A stretch of 64,000 nucleotides of DNA from Peptococcaceae bacterium (GTDB lineage: Bacteria; Bacillota; Peptococcia; DRI-13; PHAD01), in NCBI GenBank assembly GCA_024655825.1, contig JANLFJ010000008.1, forward strand, positions 8,185 to 72,184, written 5' to 3'. Made by a program: the position numbers and the translations under genes. Below are positions 1 to 9,900 of this stretch, one piece after another. The notes beneath the pieces are model-generated. The model was not told where the DNA came from. It saw only the letters and a list, made by a program, of their open reading frames with translations, and did not search any database. Positions within the stretch are counted from its first letter, which is position 1. Every line of letters starts with the position of its first letter.

Positions 1-387
1 GTGCTGGGGAAATACTACGAACTCCCGGAAAAATATTACAGGGCAGCCGGCGACGTTACCAGCTGCGGCCCGGCTTTTATGGCCTGCATGGTGGGAGCGC
101 TGGCCGCGGAAGCAGTCAGGCGCGGGATACCTCGCCAGGCAGCCGATGAGATTGCCCTGGAGACCATGCTGGGGACGGCGCTCCTGATGAAAGAAAAGGG
201 GCTGGATTTCGAGGGACTGGCGCGCCAGGTCGCCACTCCCGGAGGATGTACCGCTGAAGGGCTCAAGGTGCTGCAAAAGGGGCTGCCCCCTCTTGTGGAA
301 GAGGTTTATGAAGCCACCTGCAGGCGCGAGAACGAGATTATCCTGGGCCTGCGCAAGGTGTTTTCCGACAGGCTTGACAGTAAATGA
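1..387 (+). CDS. proC: Pyrroline-5-carboxylate reductase, C-terminal fragment (5' end lies outside the window)
   Basis: In-frame ORF from base 1. C-terminal P5CR dimerisation-domain-like sequence (GPAFMACMVGALAEA..., ATPGGCTAEGL). Confidence 0.75.
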   Translation: MLGKYYELPEKYYRAAGDVTSCGPAFMACMVGALAAEAVRRGIPRQAADEIALETMLGTALLMKEKGLDFEGLARQVATPGGCTAEGLKVLQKGLPPLVEEVYEATCRRENEIILGLRKVFSDRLDSK

Positions 388-403
388 CACGAGGTGATAA
401 AGC

Positions 404-679
404 ATGAACTGGCACAGGACCCTTTGTTTTTTGCTTGCCGTACTGCTGGCCCTGGGCATTCTTACGGCCGGCTGCGCGAAAAAGGACGCTGACCCCGGCA
501 GGCAACAGGATTATATAGAAAACAACAGCGAGCTGGTGAAACTGCTGATGATTGGTTACAGCCACCTCATGGAAGGGGAGCTTTTGGCCGGCGGGGAAAA
601 GGTTGACGGTTACCAGGTTGAAGAGGCAGTCCGCCAGCACATGTTTGGTTATGGCCTGAACAAACCGTCGAACCGGTAA
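404..679 (+). CDS. Small predicted lipoprotein, function unknown
   Basis: GAGGTG RBS upstream of the ATG. Signal peptide with lipobox LTAGC. Confidence 0.5.
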   Translation: MNWHRTLCFLLAVLLALGILTAGCAKKDADPGRQQDYIENNSELVKLLMIGYSHLMEGELLAGGEKVDGYQVEEAVRQHMFGYGLNKPSNR

Positions 680-728
680 GCCGGCAGGCGGCGTTCAACA
701 GTACTGGATTGGAAAAGAGGCGACAACA

Positions 729-1931
729 GTGAGCTGGCAAAAAAACCTCTGGGCGCTTTCCCTGAGCATGTTTATCGGCAATATTGGCTTTAACATGGTT
801 ATACCTTTTTTTCCGGTCTTCCTGGAAGAAGTGGGCATGAAAGAAAACATACCCATCTGGACCGGGATCCTGGTTTCTGTTACTTTTTTGGTTGCCGGGC
901 TGGTGGCGCCGGTCTGGGGGTCGCTGGCTGACCGCTACGGTAAAAGGATAATGCTGGCGCGTTCCGGGTACGGGCTTGCGCTTTTAAGCGTCTTGATTGT
1001 TTTCTCCACAAGCGAGTGGCATCTTTTGGGTTTCCGGGTACTGTTCGGGCTGCTGGGCGGGTTGATCCCCACCGCCGTCATGCTCACCGTTTCCAATACG
1101 CCGCAGGAGAACATGGGTTTTGCCCTGGGAGTCATTAACACCTTTATCGCCGTGGGCAGCATTATGGGGCCTTTTGTCGGCGGGGCCATGGTCGAGTTTG
1201 CCGGCATCAGAAACAATTTCCTGGCCTCCGCCGCGGTGATTTTTATTGCTACCACCATCGCCCTTGTTTTCACCAGCGAAAAAATAAACAGGCAGGCTGA
1301 AAAAACGACCATCCTGCAGGATGTGCGGCTTGTACTGCAGAACCGGTCTCTGCTGCGGGTTTTCTTCAGCATGGTGGTCCTGCAGGCTTCCAACTTTTTA
1401 TTTGTGGCCGTGCTCCCGCTGCGGGTGGGGGAACTCACGGCTTCCGGCGCACAGTTGACGACAGGCATGCTGTTTTCCCTGACCGGTCTTACCCTGGCCC
1501 TTGGCTCTTTTCTTTTTGGGCGGGTGAAAGCCGATTATTTGAGGATGCTGTTAGCCGGCCTGTTTATAAGCGGCGGTTTGTGCGTTTTGCAAGGGCTGGC
1601 GCTTTCCGTTTTGACGTTTGGCGTACTGCGGTTCCTCTTCGGGTTTGCCAACGCGGCCGTGAGTGTCGGCGGCAACGTTCTCATTACGGAGCACTCGGTG
1701 CCGGAAACCAGGGGACGGGTCTTCGGGGTTTTAAACGCCTTCACTTCTTTTGGAGCGGTGGTCGGCCCGCTGGCCGGGGGATTCATGAGCGAGCAGTTGG
1801 GCACGGCAAGTTCTTTTCACGGCTGTGCAGCCCTGTTTATTTTCGCGGGTTTGGTCGCCTGGAAACTCAGGTCTTCCTCCCGGCTTCTGCCTCCCGGAAT
1901 ACTCAGGCAAAAACAGGCTGGGGGCGCATAA
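729..1931 (+). CDS. MFS transporter
   Basis: 400 aa with about 12 hydrophobic helices. MFS-type loop motif GSLADRYGKR between TM2 and TM3. GTG start. Confidence 0.85.
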   Translation: MSWQKNLWALSLSMFIGNIGFNMVIPFFPVFLEEVGMKENIPIWTGILVSVTFLVAGLVAPVWGSLADRYGKRIMLARSGYGLALLSVLIVFSTSEWHLLGFRVLFGLLGGLIPTAVMLTVSNTPQENMGFALGVINTFIAVGSIMGPFVGGAMVEFAGIRNNFLASAAVIFIATTIALVFTSEKINRQAEKTTILQDVRLVLQNRSLLRVFFSMVVLQASNFLFVAVLPLRVGELTASGAQLTTGMLFSLTGLTLALGSFLFGRVKADYLRMLLAGLFISGGLCVLQGLALSVLTFGVLRFLFGFANAAVSVGGNVLITEHSVPETRGRVFGVLNAFTSFGAVVGPLAGGFMSEQLGTASSFHGCAALFIFAGLVAWKLRSSSRLLPPGILRQKQAGGA

Positions 1932-2059
1932 ATGCGGAGGTCTTAAAAAAAACGGCCGGCTTGCTTGAGCCCGGCGCAGCGTTGGGTTAGAATTAAAAAA
2001 ACAAGACCGTGCGCTTGTAAAGAGTGCGCGCGTTTGAGGGAAGGTGAATTAACAAAAAA

Positions 2060-2992
2060 ATGGTTGGCATTTATGATCTGGTGATTGTAGGGGGAGGGCC
2101 GGCCGGCTTGACCTCCGGACTTTACGCCTCAAGAGGCGGGTTAAAGGCCCTGCTCCTGGAAAGGATGGGAACAGGCGGGCAGGCGGCGATGACTCATCTG
2201 ATCGAAAACTACCCCGGCTTTCCAAAAGGGATCGGGGGAGCCGAACTGGCCGATCTCATGACCGAACAGGCGAAGAAGTTCGGCCTGGAACTGGAATACG
2301 CCGAGGTTACCGGGATCGATAAAACGGTTGATTATTTCCTGGTAAAAACTGCGGGAAACGCCGCTTATCCGGCCAAGGCCGTGATCATAGCCGCAGGCGC
2401 CAGGCCCAAAAAGCTGGGCGTGCCCGGCGAGGACAAACTGGCAGGCGCAGGGGTCTCATACTGCGCGACCTGTGACGGGGCCTTTTTCAAAGACCGGGAT
2501 GTTGTTGTGGTTGGGGGCGGGAACACGGCCCTGGAGGACGCCCTTTACCTGACCAGATTTGCCGGCAGGGTGACCGTCGTCCACCGCCGTGACAGCCTTA
2601 GGGCGGCGAAGATACTGCAGGAGAGGGCTTTCCAGAACCCCAGGATCGAATTCGAGTGGGATTCGGTTGTCAGGCGGATAACAGGTGAAAGACTGGTCGA
2701 AGGGGTGGTCCTGAGCAACGTTAAAACGGGGGAGGAAAAAACAATTCCAGCCAGCGGAGTTTTCGTGGCCGTGGGCCATCTTCCCAATTCCGATTTTGTC
2801 CGGGGGCTGGCTGCGCTTGACGAGGGGGGTTATGTGCTTGTCAACCAGCGGATGGAAACGAACTGTCCCGGTGTGTTTGCAGCAGGCGACATCTGCCAGA
2901 AAGGGTTCAGGCAGGTGATTACCGCCGCTGCCGACGGAGCCGCCGCTGCCCACTTCGCCCAGGAATGGCTTACCTTGCGCCAGCAGAAGTGA
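2060..2992 (+). CDS. trxB: Thioredoxin-disulfide reductase
   Basis: GGGPAG FAD motif, redox-active CATCDG, and a second GGGNTA dinucleotide motif. 310 aa, typical TrxB length. Confidence 0.9.
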   Translation: MVGIYDLVIVGGGPAGLTSGLYASRGGLKALLLERMGTGGQAAMTHLIENYPGFPKGIGGAELADLMTEQAKKFGLELEYAEVTGIDKTVDYFLVKTAGNAAYPAKAVIIAAGARPKKLGVPGEDKLAGAGVSYCATCDGAFFKDRDVVVVGGGNTALEDALYLTRFAGRVTVVHRRDSLRAAKILQERAFQNPRIEFEWDSVVRRITGERLVEGVVLSNVKTGEEKTIPASGVFVAVGHLPNSDFVRGLAALDEGGYVLVNQRMETNCPGVFAAGDICQKGFRQVITAAADGAAAAHFAQEWLTLRQQK

Positions 2993-3002
2993 AAATAAAG
3001 GA

Positions 3003-4196
3003 TCAGGAGAGGGGCAGCTGGATCCTGAAAATTGTGCCTTCGTTTATTTCACTCCACACGTTTATTCTGCCGTTATGGCTATCTATTATCAATTTGGCGA
3101 TGGTAAGTCCCAGGCCGGTTCCGCCGCTTTCTTTTGTTCTGGACCTTTCGGCCCTGTAAAAGCGGTTAAAAATATGAGGCAGGTCTTCTTTGGAGATACC
3201 GATTCCGGTATCTTCAACACTTATGACGGCATTCTGCCTGCTGAGATAACAATTTAGCTTTATAACGCCGCCGGGCGGGGTATACCTGGTGCTGTTGTCC
3301 ACAAAGATCCTGATGGCTTCCTTGAGAAGCTTTCTGTCGGCCATGATTACAAATTCTTCGTTTCTTTCATTGATGATTTGATGGGTCGTATCTATTAATC
3401 TTGTTTCCTGCAAGATTTCATTTATGACCTCGCACAGTTGAAATTCTTCCTTGTTAACCTTTAAAGCGCGGTTGTCTCCCCGGGCCAGAAAAAGAAGCTC
3501 TTCAATCAGGTGGTTCATACTTTCGGCTTCACTTAAAATAGCGGAAATTGACTCATCCAGGACTTTTTTATCGTCCCTTCCCCAGCGGGACAGCAAGTTT
3601 GCATAACCACGGATGACGGATATTGGCGTCCGCAGTTCATGGGAGGCGTCGGAGACAAACCGGGTTTGCTGCTCGACGGATTTTTGGATCCGGTCCAGCA
3701 TAGCGTTAAAGGTCTGGGCCAGTTCTTTCAATTCGTTTTTTGACCCGCTGACATCAAGCCTCCGGTCAAGTTGATTAAAAGAAATTTCCTGCACGGTCCT
3801 GGTCATGGCCTTTATGGGGGAAAGTAGTCTTCTGCTGGCCCTGGAACCGATGAAAGTGATGAAAAAAATGCCGATAGCATTAAACACCAGCAGAATCCCG
3901 CCTAACAGGAACACGTAATCCCCAGGGGGGTAATATTTGACGTAATAATCGAAGCTTAAAATTATGCCTATGCTCATCAGCAAAAAAATAAAGAAAAAAA
4001 GAAACACGTAAGTAATTGTAATTCTAAAACTGAGGGAAAAACGCAGCTTATTCCCCAGGCCTTTTTTAATCAGGGCCAGGAAATAAAAAAGTGTCTTGAA
4101 GATGAAAAAAATGAGTTTGAAGACAAGAAGAACTACCAGCGAAAAGGCCTTAAATACTTTTTTGATGGTTGAAAAGGCGCCGTTTTTATTCTTCAT
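3003..4196 (-). CDS. Sensor histidine kinase (two TM segments, HAMP, HisKA, HATPase_c)
   Basis: H-box SHELRTP, an N-box, and G-box GGTGLGL. Hydrophobic N-terminus. Overlaps the stop of the upstream response-regulator gene. Confidence 0.9.
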   Translation of the reverse strand: MKNKNGAFSTIKKVFKAFSLVVLLVFKLIFFIFKTLFYFLALIKKGLGNKLRFSLSFRITITYVFLFFFIFLLMSIGIILSFDYYVKYYPPGDYVFLLGGILLVFNAIGIFFITFIGSRASRRLLSPIKAMTRTVQEISFNQLDRRLDVSGSKNELKELAQTFNAMLDRIQKSVEQQTRFVSDASHELRTPISVIRGYANLLSRWGRDDKKVLDESISAILSEAESMNHLIEELLFLARGDNRALKVNKEEFQLCEVINEILQETRLIDTTHQIINERNEEFVIMADRKLLKEAIRIFVDNSTRYTPPGGVIKLNCYLSRQNAVISVEDTGIGISKEDLPHIFNRFYRAERSRTKESGGTGLGLTIAKLIIDSHNGRINVWSEINEGTIFRIQLPLS

Positions 4197-4872
4197 TTTT
4201 CAGCTGATACCCCACTCCGCGCACGGTGTGAATGAACCTGGTATTATACCGGTCGTCAATCTTGCTTCGGAGATAGCGGATGTAAACATCGACTATGTTT
4301 GTTTCCCCCGCATAGTCGTAGCCCCATACCTCCTCCAGGATCGTGTCCCTTGTTAAGACAATCTCCTTGTTTTGCATCAGGTATTTCAGGAGATCGAATT
4401 CTGTTTTTGTCAGGCCCAACTGCTCGCCGTCATAAGTTGCCGTACGTTTGCGAACATCAAGGCAGAGACGACCTGTGCGGATGATCTCCTGTTTGGCCGG
4501 GCTGGTCGTATTACGTTTAAAAGCTGTCCTGATGCGGGCGAGAAGCTCCTCGATGGCGAAAGGTTTTACCATGTAATCATCAGCTCCCGAGTCCAAACCC
4601 ATGACCCTGTCCATTATATCTCCCTTGGCGGTAAGCATGATCACGGGGACTTCGCTGGACTGCCGGAGTCTCCTCAGCACTTCCATGCCATTAAGGGAAG
4701 GCAGCATGACATCAAGGATGATCAGGTCGTAATCACCGGACAACGCTTTTTCCAGACCGCTCCTTCCGTCCTGCTCCAGTTGGACGGCATATCCTTCATG
4801 CTCAAGTTCCAGCTGCACAAACCGTGCAATCTTGGCCTCGTCTTCGATTACGAGTATTTTTTTTCTGGTCAC
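4186..4872 (-). CDS. OmpR-family response regulator
   Basis: Receiver domain (KILVIEDE, DLIILDVMLP, LTAKG) plus a winged-helix C-terminus. The GTG at 4872 lies 8 nt after GGAGGG. The track ORF extends to an ATG at 4896 that has no RBS. Confidence 0.88.
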   Translation of the reverse strand: MTRKKILVIEDEAKIARFVQLELEHEGYAVQLEQDGRSGLEKALSGDYDLIILDVMLPSLNGMEVLRRLRQSSEVPVIMLTAKGDIMDRVMGLDSGADDYMVKPFAIEELLARIRTAFKRNTTSPAKQEIIRTGRLCLDVRKRTATYDGEQLGLTKTEFDLLKYLMQNKEIVLTRDTILEEVWGYDYAGETNIVDVYIRYLRSKIDDRYNTRFIHTVRGVGYQLKNEE

Positions 4873-4955
4873 GGCACAAGCCCTCCGGGAAAACATTGAT
4901 ATAATCTAATTTACTATATTCCCCGGTCTTTGCCAATAAACGGGCCAAGGCCGGA

Positions 4956-4988
4956 TAAAAAAAGAAAACCTGCTTAAAACCAGCAGGT
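4956..4988 (-). terminator. Rho-independent terminator after the DUF4342 gene
   Basis: 7-bp stem ACCTGCT/AGCAGGT, followed on the minus strand by a long T-run. Confidence 0.6.
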
Positions 4989-5006
4989 CCTAAGTGCGGC
5001 TTGCAT

Positions 5007-5468
5007 TCAGTCGATCTTGATTTCCCGGGAAACCCTGTCGGCAAATTCACTTGCCTTGCTGGTGATGTTTTCGATGCTGCTGTTTATGCTGCATTCTTCG
5101 CCGCTGCTTTTGTAAAACCTGATTCTGCAGTCGGTAAGAAGAGCCAAGACCAGCAAGGCGGCGGCGAGAGGCATGGCCAGGACGGCAACCAGCAAGGCAA
5201 GCGGCAAATTGATATTGAGGATGGTTGCCTCGTTTTTAGTGATGACCAACCTTATTCTACTTGCCCTTGTGTATATGTTCTTTATCTTTTTGAAAACAGA
5301 AGAAGCGCTGCCCTCAAATTCTTCCGGCCTTATCTTGTTCTCCTCTTCCAGGAAGGCGAGAGCCTCCACAACATTACCGCCGTTTTTCTCCAGCGCTTCC
5401 TTGGCCTCCTTGTAACTCACATTGGCCCTTTTTCTCAACAGGTCAATCTTTTCCAGCGTGATTTCCAT
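5007..5468 (-). CDS. DUF4342-like protein with an N-terminal UBA/EF-Ts-N-like domain and a central hydrophobic segment
   Basis: The N-terminus LLRKRANVSYKEAKEALEKNGGNVVEALAFLEE resembles the EF-Ts N-terminal (UBA-like) fold. Central TM-like LPLALLVAVLAMPLAAALLVLALL. Confidence 0.6.
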   Translation of the reverse strand: MEITLEKIDLLRKRANVSYKEAKEALEKNGGNVVEALAFLEEENKIRPEEFEGSASSVFKKIKNIYTRASRIRLVITKNEATILNINLPLALLVAVLAMPLAAALLVLALLTDCRIRFYKSSGEECSINSSIENITSKASEFADRVSREIKID

Positions 5469-5547
5469 TGTTATTCCTCCATTTGCAATTTTTTTGACGT
5501 TACGATCCGTATAGTAACCCCTGGGGGTTAGAGGAGCATTAAGAAAA

Positions 5548-5589
5548 GATTAGAATTTGATTAGAATTTCCCTGCCTGGCGATTAGAAG
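5548..5589 (+). promoter_or_regulatory. Three phased GATTAGAA direct repeats upstream of the sbcD promoter
   Basis: GATTAGAATTT at 5548 and 5559, and GATTAGAAG at 5581 (11 bp and 22 bp spacing). An extended -10, TGgTATAAT, ends at 5623. Confidence 0.35.
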
Positions 5590-5666
5590 AGAAAACTATC
5601 CTTCAGGCTAAATCTGGTATAATAAGGGCAGGTTAAATCGGGTAAACAAAGAAACGAGGTGTCATT

Positions 5667-6965
5667 TTGAGCCGCGTCTCATTTCTTCACTGTGCCGACG
5701 TCCACCTGGGAAACCTGCAGTATAACGAACCCCGGCGCCTGCAGGATTTCGCCGGCGCTTTCCGGCAGGTGGTCGATTACGCCCTGGACAGCAAGGTCGA
5801 TTTCGTCCTGGTGAGCGGGGATTTTTTTCATAAGCGCTCGATTAACGCGGAGACCCTGGAACAGTCCGTTAACCTGCTTTCACCCCTGAAGGAAGCCGGC
5901 ATCCCGGTGTTCGCCATTGAAGGCAACCATGACAAAGCCTATTACGTGGACAAAAACTCCTGGCTGGGTTTCTTGAACAACCAGGGTTATCTTAACCTGC
6001 TGACCCCCTCTTTTCAGGGGGGTGAACTTGTTTTATCTCCGTGGAACGAGGAGACAAAAAGCGGGTCTGTTTATGACCTTCCAGGCGCCAGGGTCTGTGG
6101 GGTGGGCTACCTGGGCGTTACCACGGCCAGCCGGCTGGAAGAAATACTGGGGCAGTTCCCCGGTAAAGGGGACCGTTTCACGGTCTTCATGCTGCATGCC
6201 GCCGTCAACAGGCTGCTTGTCCATGAGCTTGGCGGCATAAAAAGGGAACTGCTGGAACCTTTTCGCCCCAAGGTCGACTACCTGGCCCTGGGTCACATCC
6301 ACAGCCGCTACGAGTTGGACGGGTGGATCTACAATCCCGGGTCCCTGGAATGCGTTCACCTTGACGAATTCGGTCCCGGCAAAGAAAAGGGCTTTTACCA
6401 TGTGAGCGCCGGTGACAAAGGGGTGGAGGCGGTTTATGTTCCCAGCCGCTGCCGGCCCGTTTGCCGTTATTCCGTCGACATTTCCGCCTCCCGTGAAGCG
6501 CGGGATGTTTGTGAACTGCTTTGGCGGGAGATCTCTCCCCAGGCCCCCGCGGAAGGAGCGCAGGTCCAGGTGACGCTTTACGGCCAGGTGCCTTACAGCC
6601 CGCTGGGCCTTGATCTTGAGTTCCTGGCGGCAAGGCTGAAAGAAACGTACTCCTGCCTTCATGTGGAAATACTGAACAGGATTAACCTGCCCGTTGAGGA
6701 GAAACTGGCGGAGGGGAGTACGGTGAAGCGGGAGGATGTCGAGAGGCTTGTTTTCCGCCAGGTTCTTGCCCAGGAAAGGAACTGGGAGGAGGGAGACCTG
6801 GCGGGCGCCGTGGAAGCCGTCCGACGGGTCAAGGAAATGGCCCTGGCCGGAGAGGACAGCGAGGAAATAATCAAATTTCTCCTGGAGTCCAGCAGCGCGC
6901 TGCTGGGAGATGACGCAACCGGACAGGAGCGAGGGGAAAACGGCGGCGAGGCGGGTGAGAATTAA
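5667..6965 (+). CDS. sbcD: SbcD/Mre11-family nuclease (metallophosphoesterase)
   Basis: Phosphoesterase motifs HCADVHLG, SGDFFH, EGNHD and GHIH. TTG start. The stop overlaps the start of sbcC. Confidence 0.85.
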   Translation: MSRVSFLHCADVHLGNLQYNEPRRLQDFAGAFRQVVDYALDSKVDFVLVSGDFFHKRSINAETLEQSVNLLSPLKEAGIPVFAIEGNHDKAYYVDKNSWLGFLNNQGYLNLLTPSFQGGELVLSPWNEETKSGSVYDLPGARVCGVGYLGVTTASRLEEILGQFPGKGDRFTVFMLHAAVNRLLVHELGGIKRELLEPFRPKVDYLALGHIHSRYELDGWIYNPGSLECVHLDEFGPGKEKGFYHVSAGDKGVEAVYVPSRCRPVCRYSVDISASREARDVCELLWREISPQAPAEGAQVQVTLYGQVPYSPLGLDLEFLAARLKETYSCLHVEILNRINLPVEEKLAEGSTVKREDVERLVFRQVLAQERNWEEGDLAGAVEAVRRVKEMALAGEDSEEIIKFLLESSSALLGDDATGQERGENGGEAGEN

Positions 6966-9900
6966 TGAGGCTGGTGAGCCTGACGCTGGAGAATATTAAA
7001 AGCTACGTGAATGAATCCATCGCTTTTTATGACGGTGTCAACTTCATTTCCGGGATAAACGGGGCCGGGAAAACGACGGTCATCGAAGCGATTGGCTGCG
7101 CGCTGTTTGACAGCAGCCCGCTTTCTTCCCAGCAGAAATTTATCCGGGAGGGGGCAAAAAGCGGCGTAATAACTGTGGTCTTCGAGGCTGCGGATGAAAG
7201 GTTGTACCGGGTGGTGCGGCGCCTGAGAAGGCCTTCCGGCGGTTCCTGGAGCGTGATCGACGAGGAGTCGGGCCGCGAGCTTCCCGAACTGCACGGCAGC
7301 CAGGACGTCAAAGCCTGGCTGGCCGCCAGCCTGGGCATCGCCGGGGGTCTTGAGCCTTCCCTGCTGTTTGAAGATGTGGTTGCTGTTTCCCAGGGCAGTT
7401 TTACAGCCCCTTTTTTGGAAAGGCCGGAGCGGCGGAAAAAAATATTCAATACCGTCCTGCAGCTGGAGAGTTACCGGGAGGCTTTTGAAAAAACGAGCGG
7501 ACTTGTCACCGCTCTCAAGGACAGGATTTTTGCCGGGGAAGCGGAGATAAAAAGCCTGCTGGTCAGGGTGGAAGACTTGGCCGCCTGCCGGGAACAGTTA
7601 AAAGCCAGCCGGGAAAAAGCGGATCTGCTGGATAAAAGCCTGCAGGAGCTGGCGGAGAACCTGGCCCGCCTGGAAGAGGAAACAGCGGTCCAGGAACGCT
7701 TGAGGACGGAACTGGAAAAGCGCGAGAGCGAGCTGCAGGCTGTTAAAATCCGGCTTGACAACCTTTGCGCGCAAAAAGAGCGGCTGGAAAGCCAGCTGGC
7801 AGAAGCCGCCCGCAGCCGGGAAAAAGCGGCCGCGGCCGAACCTGGCTACCGTGAATACCTCCGCCTGCAGGAGCGCGAAAAAGACCTGGAAGAAAAACGA
7901 AAGTCCAGGGAATCGCTGAAAAATGAAATCCAGGAACTGCAAAAACAAGCGGCGGTCCTTAAAGCGGGGATAGAGAGCGAAAAGGAAAGCCGCAGGCGCC
8001 AGGTCATCCAGGGGGAAGCTGAGCTCAAGGAGATAATGGCGGAGGGGGAAAAAGAAAAAACCGCTAAACAAGCGATTGAGACCAGGCAGAGCGAGGTTGC
8101 CGGATGGCACAAGAAATTTGAGGAACTGAAGGCCTCGTGGCAGTTCGCCGGCCAGGCCGCTGAACGCTTTGAACAGGTAAAGGCCGCCCTGCCCCTGCAC
8201 CGGGAGAATTACGAGCAGCTTAAGCAGGAGAAGGAAAAGCTGGCGGCGGCATTGGGACGAATGGAAGAGACCGAACGGCTCGCGCGAAGCGTTCCCGGGC
8301 TGGAGGAAGGGCTGGCCGGCGTGCGAGAAAGGCTGAATGAAACGAAGGCCAGGGCTGCGGCCCTGGAAGAGAACCGCAGCGCCAGCAGCGGCGGGCTGTG
8401 CCCGTTTTTGAAAAAACCCTGCCTCAACGTTGAAGGAAGCCTTGAAGATTACTTCAGCCGGGAGATCGAAAAGATCACCGCGGAAATACCGGGACTGCTG
8501 CAGGAAGAGGCGGAGCTTGAGAACCGGCTTGCCGCCGCCAGGAAAGCGGCGGGGGATCTTTTTGTCCTGCGGCACCAGGAGGAGCGGCTGCAGGAACTGG
8601 AGAGGATGGAAGCGCAAAACAGGAGCAGTCTGGAAAAAGAAAAAGAAACGCTGTCCGCCGAAATCGGGCCGGCGCGGTCCCGCGCTTTCCGGGAAGCCGT
8701 CGGGAACGCGGTGAAAATCCTGAAGGCAGCGGGAATAAGTACGGGCGAAGAGGAAACAGCCGGCCGCGAATACCTGGCACAGCTTGTGGAGCGGTATGAA
8801 CGCCTCTTTGTGGAGTTCTGCCGCGGGTTCGACCCCCTTGAGGGGAGGCGCTTTTTAGAACCGCTGGCGCAGGCGGCAGCGCAGATCAAAGCGCTGGCCG
8901 ACAAATTGTGGGAACGGGCGGAATCAGGTTTCAGGGAGACCTTGCAGGAGACCGGCAGCGTCCTGGCGGCCTGCGAAGCCAGGCTGGCCGCTCTCCGGGA
9001 CAGGTTCAGAAAAGTGAACGAGGGAATCAAGAGAATAAACGAGGACAGGACCGTCCAGGAAAAGGAAGAGGAACTTGCGGCTAAGGAGCGCGCTGGGGCG
9101 GACCTGCAGGCCAGGCTTCAACAGTATGACGGCCTGGACGGGGAGTGGGAGAAGAACAAGGAACGCAAGAGAGAACTTGAACCGTTTTTCATCCAGTACA
9201 TGCAAAACATTGAAGGGGCCGCCAGGCTGGAAAATCTGAAAAACGAAAAGAACAAGCTGGAAGAAGAGACGGCCAGGCGCCAGGAGGAAGAAAAGAGGCT
9301 GGAAAACAGCATACAGGACCTCCGCGCAAGGTACAAAGCCGACCTTCTGTCATCTTTGAAACTTGAGCGTGACCGGCTTGTGACCGAGAAGGCAAAGAAA
9401 GTGACCGAACTGGAGCATGCCCTGCTGGAAGCGGAAAAAAACGAGCGGCAAGTGCGGGAAAAAGAGGGCTACCAGCAGCACATCCTTGAACTGGAAAGAA
9501 AAATGGCCGCCGAGAGGAAGGCCCAGGCTCTTTTGAACCTGGTGAGGCTCGTTCTCAACCAGAGCGGGGAAAAAATGGCCAGGGTCTACCGCGAACACCT
9601 GGGGAGGGAAGCGAACCTGATTTACCAGCAGATAGCGGGGGAGAACGTTCACCTGGTGTGGGAAGAAGATTACGAGGTCAAGCTGAAAGACGCGCCGGGC
9701 GGTAAAGAGCGGGAACGTGTCTTTGCCCAACTGTCCGGCGGGGAAAAGATGACGGCTGCGCTGGCCGTGCGCCTTGCCCTTCTGAAACAGGTGGCGGGTT
9801 TGGGCGTCGGGTTTTTCGACGAGCCAACCGCAAACCTGGACGAAAAAAGGAGGAACAACCTGGCGCGGGTTATTCCCGGGCTGGCCGGGGATTTTCGCCA

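Noticed and set aside
5469-5666. LexA/DinR SOS box upstream of sbcDC
   Set aside because: No CGAAC-N4-GTTCG-like sequence is present.
7598-8617. 339-aa antisense ORF inside sbcC, with several other long antisense ORFs between 7027 and 10098
   Set aside because: It lies entirely within the strongly supported SbcC frame on the opposite strand. Its sequence is low-complexity and rich in F, L, P and R, as expected from reading a GAA/AAG/CTG-rich coiled-coil gene backwards. No RBS.
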